Shown piece after piece: positions 1-12,393 of a stretch of DNA of 64,000 nt. The translations under genes and the position numbers were made by a program. Each line of letters opens with the position of its first letter. The stretch's first letter is position 1. The notes beneath the pieces were generated by a model. It worked only from the letters and a program-made list of their open reading frames with translations. It made no database searches and was not told where the DNA came from. Origin of the DNA: Eremomyces bilateralis CBS 781.70 (lineage: Eukaryota); NCBI GenBank assembly GCA_010015585.1, contig ML975149.1. One strand, given 5' to 3'.

Positions 1-1
1 C

Positions 2-525
2 CATCTCTCCGTCTCCTTCTCCCAGCCCTCGCCATCCGTCATCAGCATCGAGCTGCACCATGGCGCCCGCAAGAACATCGCCGCCCTCCGCACCGTCCGC
101 ACCATCATCACCAACCTGATCATCGGCGTCACCAAGGGCTTCAAGTACAAGATGCGCTACGTCTATGCCCATTTCCCCATCAACGTCAACATCGAGAAGA
201 ACAGCGAGACCGGCCTGCAGGAGGTCGAGGTGCGCAACTTCATCGGCGAGAAGATCGTGCGGAGGATCACGATGCGCGCCGGCGTCGACGTCGAGGCTAG
301 CAAGAACGTGAAGGACGAGCTGCTCCTGAGCGGGATCAGCCTGGAGGACGTGAGCCAGAGCGCCGCCGATCTGCAGCAGAGCTGCAAGGTGCGAAATAAG
401 GATATCCGAAAGGTAAGGGACTCTGTGGATCGAAGGTGCATGGAAAAACGGAACAATTGCTAATATTCGAGCAGTTCTTGGACGGCTTGTACGTCTCAGA
501 GCGGGGGAATATCGCGGAGGAGTAA
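2..525 (+). CDS. RPL9: 60S ribosomal protein L9 (uL6), 5'-truncated by the window edge
   Basis: The frame from nt 2 reads ...LRTVRTIITNLIIGVTKGFKYKMRYVYAHFPINV...KDIRK. Intron 413-474 (GTAAGG..GCTAAT..CAG), then FLDGLYVSERGNIAEE*. These are classic L9 motifs. Confidence 0.97.
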
Positions 526-751
526 GCGGCGGCTGTGTGAGCGGAGTGGTTAAGGGAGCATATTTCTTCGACCATGGGCATCAAAGAGCGTTCAGGATCA
601 ATTATCATGGTTTTAGAGACGCGCAAAATGTTATCACGGAACCACTATCAGTGGGTTGTTCAGCCTTGAATCCAACCAGGTTCAAACCGTCCGTCACACG
701 TCCATTTCTCATCTCCAGTGTTATGAATACGTATGACCGAGCGTCTGGCCC

Positions 752-2284
752 TCATGGAAACGCCATCTCTTCCCTAATCAATCGCAGCGGCCTCTTCACC
801 CGGTCTGGATCATGCAGTCTCATCGCCTTTGGAAACCACTCATACGTCTCCTCTCCCTCCCCCACGATCATCCCCGCCAGTGCATCCGCGCATTTCCACC
901 CCAGCGCCATCCCATGTCCATCGAACGCCACCGCCGCCCACAGCCCCTCCCCGCCCCCGAACTCCTCCCCTACCCTCCCCACCAACGGCGCCTCGTCCAC
1001 TAACCGCGCCGTGATCCCGCCCCACGACTCTGTGACCACTCACCCCTCCGCTTCCTCCCCTTCCTCCGCAAAATACCTCTTCCCCGCCCGCACGAGGTAC
1101 GCCTCGATCTGCGGATCCAACACGCAGAGCGCGTCTTCCTTCATCGCGGCCGCCCATCCGTCCGCGTCCTGCACGATGCCGCCGCCCACGATCAGGTTGC
1201 CGACCGCATCGGAGGGGACACCGGAGAGGGGGCGTCGGACGGTGAGGTAGTCGTAGCCCTAGGTGTAAAGAAAGGAGAGGGTGGTGGGCGGGAGGAGGTT
1301 GGTGGTGAGGTGGAGGGCGGGGGGCGCAGGGAGATGCACTGTCCGCGGAAGGGACGCAGGATGGGGCGGGGGGGAAGGAAGATGGTGGGGGTGAAGGCGT
1401 TGGTGGCGAGGATGAGATCGTCGGCCTGGGGAGAGTAAGTAAATGTGATCATGATCTGGTAGTGTGGAGTTTATGAGAGACAATCTGCATACTGATATAA
1501 TCATCCCCACTCTCGGTGGTAGCCGTCCAAAGTCCCGGTGGAATCAGTCCCAATACAGGTTCATCTGGATCGATCCGGCGTATGCTCGTTGCAGTGGTGT
1601 TCTCATACAAGTGCAACCCCATCGCAACGCACCGCTTCAACACCCCCAACGTGAACTGATATGCATTGACACTCCCCGCGGGATACCGAATCGCCCCCAC
1701 CAGCCTCCCTCGCATACCAAACTCCCTCCTCACCTCTTCCGGATCCTCATACACCCTACACTGCCCCCCCTCCTATCCTTCCCTCAAACATCCCCGCAAC
1801 ACCTCCATATCCCCCTTCCCCCTCGCAAACCCCTTCCGAAAAATACACATCCACCGTATCCCCCTCCCACGACTCGCACTCCCACCCCATCCCCTCCACA
1901 GCCCCCGCGCCACCGCATGTTCCGCACGACGCTCGCCTCCTCCATCCGCACCCATCGCACCGCCTCGTCTAACCCTAGCCGCTCGGCGCGTGCGCGGAAG
2001 GTGAGGTGGCTGGCGACTTTCGTGTGGCGGCCGTTGCGTGCGGTTGCGCCTGTGCAGGCAGTGGATGAGGTGAGGAGGGTGATGGGGGCGGCGGAGGTGG
2101 TGGAAGTGGAGTGGGTGAGGAGGTGGTACGCGAGGAGGGCGCCGGTGATGCCGGACCCGATGATGAGGATGCTATTGTAGCTATCGAGACAGTGAGGTGG
2201 AAGTGGGATGGGGGTGGAAGAGGATGGCTGCCATGGGGAGGGAGCAGTGAGGGCGGATTGAGTGGTTGGATATGTGGTGCGCAT
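752..2284 (-). pseudogene. FAD-dependent oxidoreductase (DAO/PuuB-like) pseudogene
   Basis: Motifs IIGSGITG, CTGATARNGRH, EGDTVDVYF, YPAGSVNAY, ATNAFT..PFRGQ, GYDYL, PLVG..FDGHGM are spread over three frames. In-frame stops at 1773-1775 (TAG), 1259-1261 (TAG) and 1040-1042 (TGA). Confidence 0.85.
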
Positions 2285-3246
2285 TGTTTGCTAGATGCGT
2301 GGATTGAGTGGTAGACTGATATGGACGTAGACGAAGCGCGAGATACAAAGTTCGGATGTTAGATCGAGCGATGGAGTTGAGAAACGAGAATCAAGACTTG
2401 AACAAACAGGCGATTCAATTTAAGGCTCGTAATCTATTCACGTTATACAATAGTAGTACTGCTTGAATCGGACCAGATAGAAACGCGAAGGACAAACTCT
2501 TGAAGTCGAAAACGAACCGGCATACCGCTTCAGTATCCAAGGCAGTTTCTCTACGCCGAAAACCATATTTAGGAAGAAACCAAACATATTTTCAATCCTA
2601 CAGAATTCTCTAGGAAATTGTCGGCAAACATATTAATGGATAGATCGGTTTAAAGCAGCGTCTAGGAAGAAGCGAGCTGACTGAGGGCTAAGCGCAGTAG
2701 AAGTGCCGTTGCGGGTTCGGAGAGCGAGTGGGTCCACGCCTTGCCTAAATAAATATTCATGGCGCCAGTCTTCACATAACTTCGACAAACTCACGTATTC
2801 GAAGTTCACAACTTCACAGAGTACCTCCTCAGTTCTCCCTTACAAAACCATACACGCAAGATGGGAGTTCTCAAGATGCATCTGCAGCTCCCACACGTGT
2901 ATGAAAGTGCCCGGTCGAGTCTCAGCTGGTGGACGTGTCACACTCAGAGCCTCAGACGGTTTTCAACCACATCCACTAGTATTGAATTGTTTGTCATCTT
3001 AAGTCTGCTAATTCGGAGTTGGACTTGGTAGCCCAGTTGAAGCCCTCCACTCGGATCGAATCAAAGCCACCATCCACCGACCCTCCGGCCAGCAACCATT
3101 CTCCGCATCCGTACGCGGAGTGCCAGCATCGATTAATGCCTCCCTATGACTCCACACGATAGTACATCTCGCCAGGTCACTCGCCACGATGAACCGGATA
3201 CGGCACACCATCGCTGAGATGACGGGCATTGGAGAATATGAGTTCA

Positions 3247-4155
3247 TTACTCTTTCCCGGCCTTCTTCTTCGACTTCTTGCCTGAAGGTGCCGGCTTGCT
3301 CGCTTCCTTCTTGAGATGCACGATGAATTTAGTGTAGCATTCTTCCCGATCCCACTCGAATCCGGCGAGGTAAGGGTCTTCTAGCTCATCGTCGGCCTGG
3401 ATGAAATCTTGTTAGCGGCAATGTCCGATGCGCATATCAAGACGAACGATACAATTGCACGACCTGATTCACGGGGTGTTGAAGATACAAGGTGAGTGAT
3501 CGGGTTTAGGGATCACAAGGCCAATAAGATGCGGTGCGCTTGAGGGCATGAAGGTGCAAAGACATACCTTCTTCTTGTACTGCTTGAAGATGACGTCCAA
3601 GGCATCCTTGATGGTCACGCCCTTGAGGTTCCGTGCCGTGACATGCAAGCCAAGCTTGAAGTGCAGGTCGATCTTCTTGACCATGGGAGTGCAGAGAGGC
3701 TTCTTGAGCACATCCTTGTCCTCAATTGTTGCAGGCGAGGTGTTGATCTTCCTATCGCAGGTGTCAGCAATGGTCGGTCCATGGGTGAGATAGTGGTTGC
3801 TACTATGAGTGATAGGATACGATCTCTCTGGTGGAAATGAACAGGGGAGGAAGGTATGGTTGGTGGCACGATCACTTACCAGCCAAGCTGCTGTGTTTCC
3901 GGGGCGATCTTGAGGTCGACGTTCTCCTTCTCTGCGGTCAAGTTAGCATCAAGTCACTTCGATATGACCACGGTGCAGTTGTCCGGAGATCTCGGCACGT
4001 TGCGGATGCTGGAGATGTGACTTACCAAGGTCGTTGATGTTGAAGACGTTCGAAGCGCTGCTACTTGTTCGCCGATGAGAAGGCTTCTTCTCCTCAGCGT
4101 GGGAGGTAGAATCCACGGCCGAGTCGACCTTGGTCAATGGTTCTGTGGTCGTCAT
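3247..4155 (-). CDS. Conserved fungal hypothetical protein, 4 exons
   Basis: Exons 4155-4026, 3931-3880, 3751-3568 and 3396-3247 with canonical GTAAG/GTATG donors splice into one frame (MTTTEPLTKVDS..HRRTSS..KIAPETQQLGWKINTSP..ARNLKGVTIKDALD..PYLAGFEWD..KKSKKKAGKE*). Strong codon bias. Confidence 0.85.
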
Positions 4156-6444
4156 TCTCGCTTACTGTGCTTAGGTTGGGAAGACGAGATGAGCCTTGGA
4201 CGCGTCTCTACCGGGATGACAGTAGAGGTGACAGGTGGTGGTGAGTGAAGTGAGCTGCAGCGATATAAAGCTGAAGCTCAAATGTAGGATTGGGTTGCTG
4301 ATGGTAGCAGCGTGGGAGACCTTGATGCACGATGATGGTGAGGATGTAATGTTGAGAGACTTGTTAGATTGCAGTGACAGTGAAGAGGGGAAGAAGAGAG
4401 GAGCTGAGAGAGCACGAGAGGAACTGAGCAGGAGATTGGAGAGGCGTGATCACCTGCCCTTCACGTTGGGGCGAGGGGAGGAGCATGAGGAGGCGTGATC
4501 AGCGGGGGGGAGACGGAGGAAGGAGCGAGCGAAAGAGAGGGGCGCCTCTCCTGCATTAGGAATCCGCATGACCCCTGCCTGTGGTAGTTGCCATCTTTGT
4601 TTGATGTTTGAGCCATTTGATGACCTCAAGTACCGGGTACCTTCCGATTCTTCCTTCTCCTCAGCAGCATCGGATATCGCGGGCTTTGTTCGTGCACCTG
4701 ACGGATCCGGTCACGTTACGATACACGCCACAGTCATCATACAGTCAGGTGATGATAGATGGGCTTTGTTCTGAAGATTGGTCAATCGCTACGATGTTGA
4801 CAAGTATCCCTTGATGAGGTCTTCTACGCTTCTCCCTGGGATGGTTCGTAACCGTACCGTACCGAGTACATAGGTATTCCCTGAGACACGGTACAGGGCC
4901 AACAGGGCCTCGTATGATCGCCACCAGAGCTCCAAGCACCTCCTCTCTTCCCAACTGTACACCGTCTTACATTTCATCCTGTACCTTTTCGTATTCTCGT
5001 CCTCATAATACAGTCTTTTCCTAGTTGTTACACGTTTCATTTCCTTTTAGCAACACCAAAACACTCGCTCAGCTTCGTCAATCGCCATGAGGTAATGAAC
5101 AAGGATAGGTCGGCTCACGTGGGTTGGGCTAGTTACCCCGCAAACTCCAAGTTGGCTGCAGGCGCTAATCAAGGCGAAATCCCCACAGTCAGGCCCACTT
5201 ACCGTTCTCAAGAGAGTCCACTCCAGTCAACTCCATCTCCCGCAATTCACTGCAGTTCCAGGCTTCCAGCCCAGAAAAGTACCGAAATGGAAGGCCTCAT
5301 CTGATATTCTACCTGCACTGTGGAAGTACCTACAGCTGAGTAATAGAATTGGGGTCAAGAGAAACCTTCCCGTCTCTGCTAAGTGGACATGCCAACCGAC
5401 TTCCGACCTAGGCACTTGGGGCCGGGATACCTTAGGATCGAAATGTTTGGTTAGTTATTGCAGCGATACACCTGAAACCCGCACCACGACTGAGCTTGAG
5501 GGAGGGTTAGAGATGCCTAGAATGCCTAATATATTGCCCTCCATTGATCAATCAATTCATGACCAGACCATATCATCCGAATAGTTTGAGGGTTGAGACA
5601 CCAAAGATGCAGCACGGTAAATCAGACGCAAATGCATCGACACCGTCCTTGGGATATCTCCAATTATTTCGCTATTATTTCAAGGGAATTAATCTTCTCC
5701 ACACTCATTCTATAGAATCTCGCTTTTGTGCTTGTCGTAATCATCCTTCTCTATGTTCTATGGAATCTTTCAATTTTGAAGGCATTGTCGGCAGGAAATA
5801 TGTGTTACATCCATGATTTGGGCCGGAGCAACCGTCACCACTATATTGGTGCATTCTTGCTCTCCTCGCAAGCGTTACCTGTCCCATCGACCTAGTTGGC
5901 TGAGTTGCCGTAAATGAATCCGTCCTGAGACGTACAGACACTAACCATTGGCCTTCCTCCCGACGACATTACGTATCGTAAGACGCGGTGATCCGACCAG
6001 CTCAGTCGGGGATTGGAGGATCGAGATTTCCACTACTGTTTTCATCGTTCGATGTGGTGCATGGCACGACGTACATGGACGTTTGCCGCCAATTCCCATA
6101 GGGTCATGCTATTGGCCATTGGTTGTATCCTTCTGCTGAGTCGACACTGTTATTGGTCAATATCTACAGCACTATCTTAGGTAAGCACCGTCTAACCCGG
6201 AACACCCCTGCCGATATCGTCATTCGCATCCATGACGACAACCGTCCTTTGTGTTGCAGTCGTACGTGCAATTTGATGACCTGTGTCTGCTGCCTTCAAA
6301 TTTTGAATTTGTCGGCTTTCTTATCCTTCCTCAAATGCCAGTGCTTGTGCCTATATGTTGAACGGGATATCTTGACCCCTTGATTTCATACATTGGACCA
6401 ATTCCGACGGCCTACAATTCAACCGCTCCCTTCGAACAACCACC

Positions 6445-7611
6445 ATGTCGTTTGAATCCGTGATTGCGGAGGCGACCAAGAGCCTCTTGGTTCCCACCAA
6501 TACCGGATCAAGCGTTTCTAAGAGTGCAACTCCGCTTCCTACTGTCATTCCAGATATGCCGGAATATCAGACTGCGACGAGGGCAGGCGGGATTGCTCTT
6601 TGGTATGTAAATTGATCCTGCTGACCCGGAGCTCCTTTGGCTAACCCAGCAATAGGATCGGCTGTACGCGAGATTTTGCGTATAAATTCGGGATGGCAAA
6701 CTGATCTCGCTTATAGTTGCTATAATGCTCATTTCCTCGGCCGTATTCGCCGGACTGTCATGGAAAGTGCCTATTGTAAGTTGGCTTCTCCCCTACGAAA
6801 CCCTACGGTGTCCAGACTGACCACCCTACCCAGTCCAAACGTGTCTTCCATGTCGTCACTACTTTGGTCACCATCATCGCCACGCTTTCGTACTTCGCCA
6901 TGGCCCTCGGCCAAGGCAAGACATTGCACAGGACCGTGGTCGTCCACGAACACAAACACGGCATCCCGCCGGTTTACCACACCATCTACCGCGAGCTCTA
7001 CTACGCACGCTACATCGACTGGTTCCTCACTTTGCCACTCCTGCTCCTCGACCTGACCCTTCTCGCCGGGGTGAGCGGCGGTCACATCCTCATGACCGTC
7101 CTCGCCAGCATGATCATGGCCCTGAGCGGCCTTTTCTCTGCGCTTGGGGCGGAAGGAACCGGACAGAAATGGGGTTGGTACGCCGTCGCATGCATCGCGT
7201 ACCTGGTCGTCATCTGGCATTTGGCGATCCATGGCCGCGCCGCCGCGTACGCGAGAAACAGCAAGGTCGGCAACTTCTTCGTTGCCATTGCTGGATACAC
7301 GATAATCGTTTGGACGGCGTATCCTGTGTAAGTCTACCGATGAAGGAAGCCGAGTGACACCGTGCGTGTGGATCGTGCTGACAAACGACTGCAGTGTATG
7401 GGGAGTCGCGAATGGCTCCCGACATACCAGCGCCGTCAACGGGGAAATCATCGCCTATGTGGTGCTTGATATCCTGACCAAGCCTGTGTTCGGTCTCTGG
7501 CTGCTGTGGACGTACACCCGTGTGGCAGAGACGAACGTCGACATTGGTGGTTTCTGGACGAATGGACTGTCGGGTGAGGGGAGGATCCGACTCGACGACG
7601 ACGCAGCGTAG
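6445..7611 (+). CDS. Fungal (type I microbial) rhodopsin, NOP-1/Leptosphaeria rhodopsin-like
   Basis: Exons 6445-6602, 6656-6663, 6717-6775, 6834-7327 and 7395-7611. Seven hydrophobic helices: helix C ARYIDWFLTLPLLLLDL, helix F WTAYPVVWG, helix G LDILTKPVFG with the retinal-binding Lys. Confidence 0.93.
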
Positions 7612-7768
7612 TTTCCGGACTGGTGATGGCTGCTTGGAGAAATAGATACGGGCTGACAGAAGCAAGAGAAAGAAGTCAAATTCGCGAAAATGATTAACTG
7701 GCTCGCGTTGCCCGCAAGTTAAACTTTTGAGCCGTCCAGAAGCTTTCACAATGGTGATCATTTGCCTC

Positions 7769-9010
7769 TTAAGGAAGGGAGAATATCGATTCGGAGGGAC
7801 TGTTCATAGTCTTTGCAATATCGCACAGGAAGAAAGAACCCTGAAAAATACGTACATACTGCTCGGCTGGACTGGTTTCGGTCCCTTGGGTGAGAGATTG
7901 ATCCGAAATATTTTTACCGCTCTCTCGAGATTTGGCAATGGTTAAGGCTTTATGGGCATTGTACATCGCAATACAGACCACAGTGCCGGGTTCGCCTTTG
8001 GGGGTACAGTTAAGAGCAGCGAATGCGAGGCACTCGCTCCTAGACCACATCCCCCTGGTTTCTGGGAGGTGTTGCACAGATTGCTCAAGCATCTGGTCAG
8101 TCCAATCCTTCGGATCCACAAACCTGACACGCATGGAAATTCCAGCATTCGTGATGGAATAGGGGAGGTCCCGTCGACCATGCAAGCGTGCGAGTTCGCC
8201 AGAACTCTCAAAGTGTCTTATTTCGGGGACTAGCAGCCCACAAGATCTTCCCAATGGGCCCGGGTTTCCCAATTCTCGCCATGCGAAAATCGTATGATCT
8301 GTAGCAGTCTTCATAATGTTCTCCTACAGTCTCCGAAAAGCATTGGTCCCCTCGCCGTAGAGCAAAGGTATGTGGATTCCGAACAGACCTAATAAACAAT
8401 AGGTCACGTCCTCCACCAGGGCTATTTTCCTTCTTGCCGCCCAGGACATCTTGCGACTGGCGGGCAGGGTCCCCAGTTTGAGATGAAGCTGAAGAAAGTC
8501 CTCAAAGATACCCGTGACCTGTGAGATGACATCGGATAAATCCTCTCGGCTACCAACGTACTGCCAGTCTATTGTATAGAATTCGACCGACTCGGGGGCA
8601 ATAAGCTCCTGCAACGTCCAGCCTCTTGTAAACCAACGGCTCCTAGAAAATGCGGAGCTTTCCTGATGTGGGTCATCGCCATCCGGCACATCGACCAGAT
8701 AAACATAGCAGATCCTTGATCCGTGATACCGCAGGAACATAGAATTGATGGCCTCAGATAACTCGGCACTGCTCGTCTTGTCGATGCGGCAAGTGTCGAT
8801 CCATATCCATTGGTGCCCGTCACCTCGGGCTAAGTCACAGCTCATCGCAATTTTGGAGAATTGAGGTCTCGACCAATCCGCATAGGTCGCGCTATTCAAT
8901 CTCTGAAGTGTCACCTCCTCTTCGCCCCAAGTGTGGGATAGAATCGCATAGCGGGGGATGCCCGATACGAACCCCTTCAGTTCTCGAGTCTCGGTGTTCA
9001 AAAGTCGCAT
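7769..9010 (-). pseudogene. HET-domain (heterokaryon incompatibility) protein with one premature stop
   Basis: Reads MRLLNTET..YAILSHTWGEEEV..WIDTCRIDKTSSAELSEAINSMF..SRWFTRGWTLQELIAP..YCLLGLFGI..PLLYGEG.NAFRRL*ENIMK..DHTIFAW. TAG at 8324-8326 is in frame with the downstream 7769-8314 ORF. Confidence 0.88.
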
Positions 9011-10485
9011 GGCGGGTGGTATTGAACTCGGTCGTAAGGGGGATATATTGCACAGCTTCAACTTGGAAGTGCTCTCAAACTCGCTGAAGGGAATGCGCGC
9101 GGCTGTGGAATTATAAGATCATCCCTGCCCAACAGCGAATAAACTGCGAGCCTCGCCATGAGCTCATGCTAGCCTCATCTTGGCTCACTGCACATTCATC
9201 TAATGACATACTGACATCTTTCAACTCACACACCGCCTCCTAACAATGAGGGTAGCTTACGAGCTCGCAAAGAATAATAACTACTGATTCGCACACAGAA
9301 CATCAACCCTCGGCACGCAGCAGTTTGCTTAACTGGATTCATTTATCGACATCCCTGAGAGCCGTGGATGACACTTCTCTCCGACTAGGAGGGTAATCAA
9401 AGCCGGACAGAAAAGACACGTCTGGGAATGACGTTGCGCTCCTATATCAGTCGCAGGTGTAAAAATACATGAAACAGTAACGGCGATGAATCCAAATAGC
9501 TGCATTCATGGATCCAATAAAGCCACCAAACCAAAAATCGACTCAGCCTCCTTATTCATGGTCGACAGGCTAGGTTTGAAACGCATCGTCGTCCACCCAA
9601 GAAACTACGTGCTTGTTTTCCAATCTCTACCTATGACATTGTAAAAGATTCTTGAAAAGTCCAATTGTTAGAAAATGTGGCCGAGAAGAGACATACAAGT
9701 ACAATGTGAACGCAGAATAATATGACAGCAAGTCTTCCTGACTAGTACGCCGCGTGCCACTTGCATTTTCACTTCAGCTGCACCGTGAGGAACAGAATGA
9801 ATAGATATGGCAAAGGTAGGTACCAAAATTAAGACCTACGCAAAAAACGGATGGATTCGGGAATAATTAAGAGAACGCGAAGAGAAGTGCCGTGGCAGCT
9901 CCATCGGAGCGGGAATTTACATGGGATATAAAAATCCGTGACGACAGTTCCGCGGAGCTGGGACGGGGTTTGGAGTGAAGGGCGAGGTGTTGGGGAGACG
10001 ACAGAATGATAGGGTGTATAACGCCGATTGTGGAAACAGATTGCAGTGGCACCATCCCAAATATTTTGCATTTGCCCAAATTCAAGAAACTCCAGCGCCG
10101 AGTCGCAACATAAGATACATGACACTCATGAAAGGAAGCCAAGCGGACGTGGGGACGATGCCGTCCGCCGCCGAACAAGCGGGGGGTCGGAGTCTCGTCG
10201 GTACCTAGCGCCTAATGCATCGGTGAAATTAACACGATGAGGGAAGTAGGAGCCAGCGATCAGCCAACCTGCGGAGCTCAAGCTCGGACCCAGCTTAACT
10301 GTTGGGCGCGCAGGAGATCTACTTCGACAGACTTGTCGGATGCGCAATCGCATCGCATTCCCGCTAACTACGAAGGTTGCGAGACTAAGCGACAGGCGCT
10401 CTGGACTACCAACCTTATATCCAGACCTCCTCGTTCAGGAATCGGTCCGAGTTATCGGATTTCTGGACGCGGATGCACGCTCGCA

Positions 10486-12393
10486 TCACGTAGGCATTTG
10501 CGGTTGAATAATGCTGTCATCGTCCCCGATCTGCGTTGAATAGGCACTACTCCACTCCTCATTCCCTTCAAAAGTGAGCGGGATCTCGTGAGGGGGGAGC
10601 GGAGGCAGGTCCTTGTCCACGAAAAGGCCAGCCATGTTGCCCATGGCGAACGGTCCGGACGGGGAGAAGGGGTGCATATGCTGCGATTGCGACAGGTGTT
10701 GTTGCTGTGCCCAGGCGGCTGTAGGCATGCCGGATGGGTGGGATGATAGAGGACCTCCGAATTGGTTCATATGCATTTGGTTGGGGTCGAAGTAGACGGT
10801 GAAGGCGTCGTTGGGGTCGGTGCCGGACATGGAATGGTCCATGGGGACGGACGCAGTGTCGGATGGGTCGGCATTTGCGGGAACGGTGACTTGGACGGGG
10901 TTGAAGGCGTCTTGGAGGCTCGTGGTTGGGGTGGGGGCGGCGGGAGAGTCATCGGGGGGGCTCACGGAGGGAGTTGGCTCGGATTTTGTTCGAGGTTGCA
11001 TTTGGGGGGATTTTATAGCCTGAGGGGAGTCGGCGAGAGCAATGGGGAAATTGCTGTTCCGTCGTTGAAGTTTGAGGACGGGAGGAGTCGATTGAAGTAT
11101 GCCGTTATCGTAAGCCATTTGTACAACGGACTGTACCGATTCCTTGGTACGGGCAAACTCGAGCAAGTCTTGTAGTTGGCCGCAACCCGATTCCCGGAAG
11201 CCTTGTTGACGACCGGTGACCTTCGCTTTCCAGCTGAAACAAGGTTGAGGATCGGGGAATTGGCCGTGCTTGAAGATGAGCAACGCACGCCAGGCTTCCA
11301 GGAGATCCGGTTGGTGAAGCAAGCCATAGATGACGTTGGAGTGCTTCCAATCGTCTTTGGATTCGCCTTTGTCAAAGTGGGTTGCGACATGTTTGCAGCG
11401 CTCTTCCCATGCGTAATGGATGGCAGCACAGAAGCCACAGCCCCATGCCGTTCTCTTCTCGAGATCCTGTTTTACGGAGGTCGCGTGTGGGCAGTTCTTA
11501 CAATTGTGGGCGGATTTATGATGCTGGTTGAACGAGTTCTCGCTCCAGAACTCCTGATTGCAGTCCGGACACGGGAATTTCCTCCATCGCTCATGAACGG
11601 TTTCCTCATGATGCTTCCAATCCCACCGTCGCGTGAACTTGACTTCGCATGACGTGCAGACGTACTTCTGCTTCTTTTCGGGGTCGCTTCGAGGTGCAGG
11701 ACGAGGGGACGACCGCGGAATCCCAACGATGTTGGCCGTCTGAGACATGGGCGCTGCCGTGGGACTCATGGGATTCCGACGTTGCGGCTGTTGTTGCGAG
11801 GCGAGAGGCACTTGAGGGAGTGCAGTGGGACCTTCGAAGTTCCATTGCTGAAACTCGCCGGCAGGGGAGAATTGATCGGATCGCCCGGAGAGGACGGTGA
11901 AGTTGGTGTTTGCTGAGCTAATCGATTGGCGATGGCCTGGTGGCGCAGAGAAGATACTCGAGGTGGTCGACTGTCTCCCGATGGACGACGCAACGGAGAG
12001 ACGTGGCTGATGGTGAGGGATTCCATGGGGGAATTGCGAGGTGGCACCAGGAGAGACGTTGTTGAGCGCTGAAACATGAGACAATAGTTAGCAGTGCACG
12101 TATGTATTGACTTCTCGATGTTGGAATGAGCAATCCCAAACGTGGTTACACTCGGAGAATCGGTCATGGAGGAGAGGGCGCCTACCTTGCTGCCGATCGA
12201 GCGTGATCCATCGAATGACGGCCTCGAGGTCAAATCTTCGAAGCGCTTGGAGATGCGGCGCGACTTCTGGCGGGATGGGAAATGAGATATCTTGGTGAGG
12301 TTCGGAGACGCTGCGATTGTTGGGACGAATGGATCCAGATGCGGTCCTCTTCGGAGCGACGGGCGGAGGCATGTGGTGGAGTTGGTGATCCAT
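10486..12393 (-). CDS. C2H2 zinc-finger protein (putative transcription factor)
   Basis: Fingers YVCTSC..HEETVH, FPCPDC..HHKSAH and WGCGFC..HVATH in a P/S/Q-rich protein. Exon 1 from ATG 12393 is joined by an intron ending at 12069 (GCTAAC..TTTCAG). The donor is at about 12149, or at a GTAGGC about 35 nt upstream. Confidence 0.85.

Noticed and set aside
537..2180. Long plus-strand P/S-rich ORFs (537-1250, 1464-2180)
   Set aside because: Antisense shadows of the G/C-skewed DAO pseudogene; no motifs.
4745..5090. Minus-strand protein-like fragment (MAIDEAE..*..MKRVTTRKRLYY..)
   Set aside because: Short, interrupted by stops, and no recognisable family.
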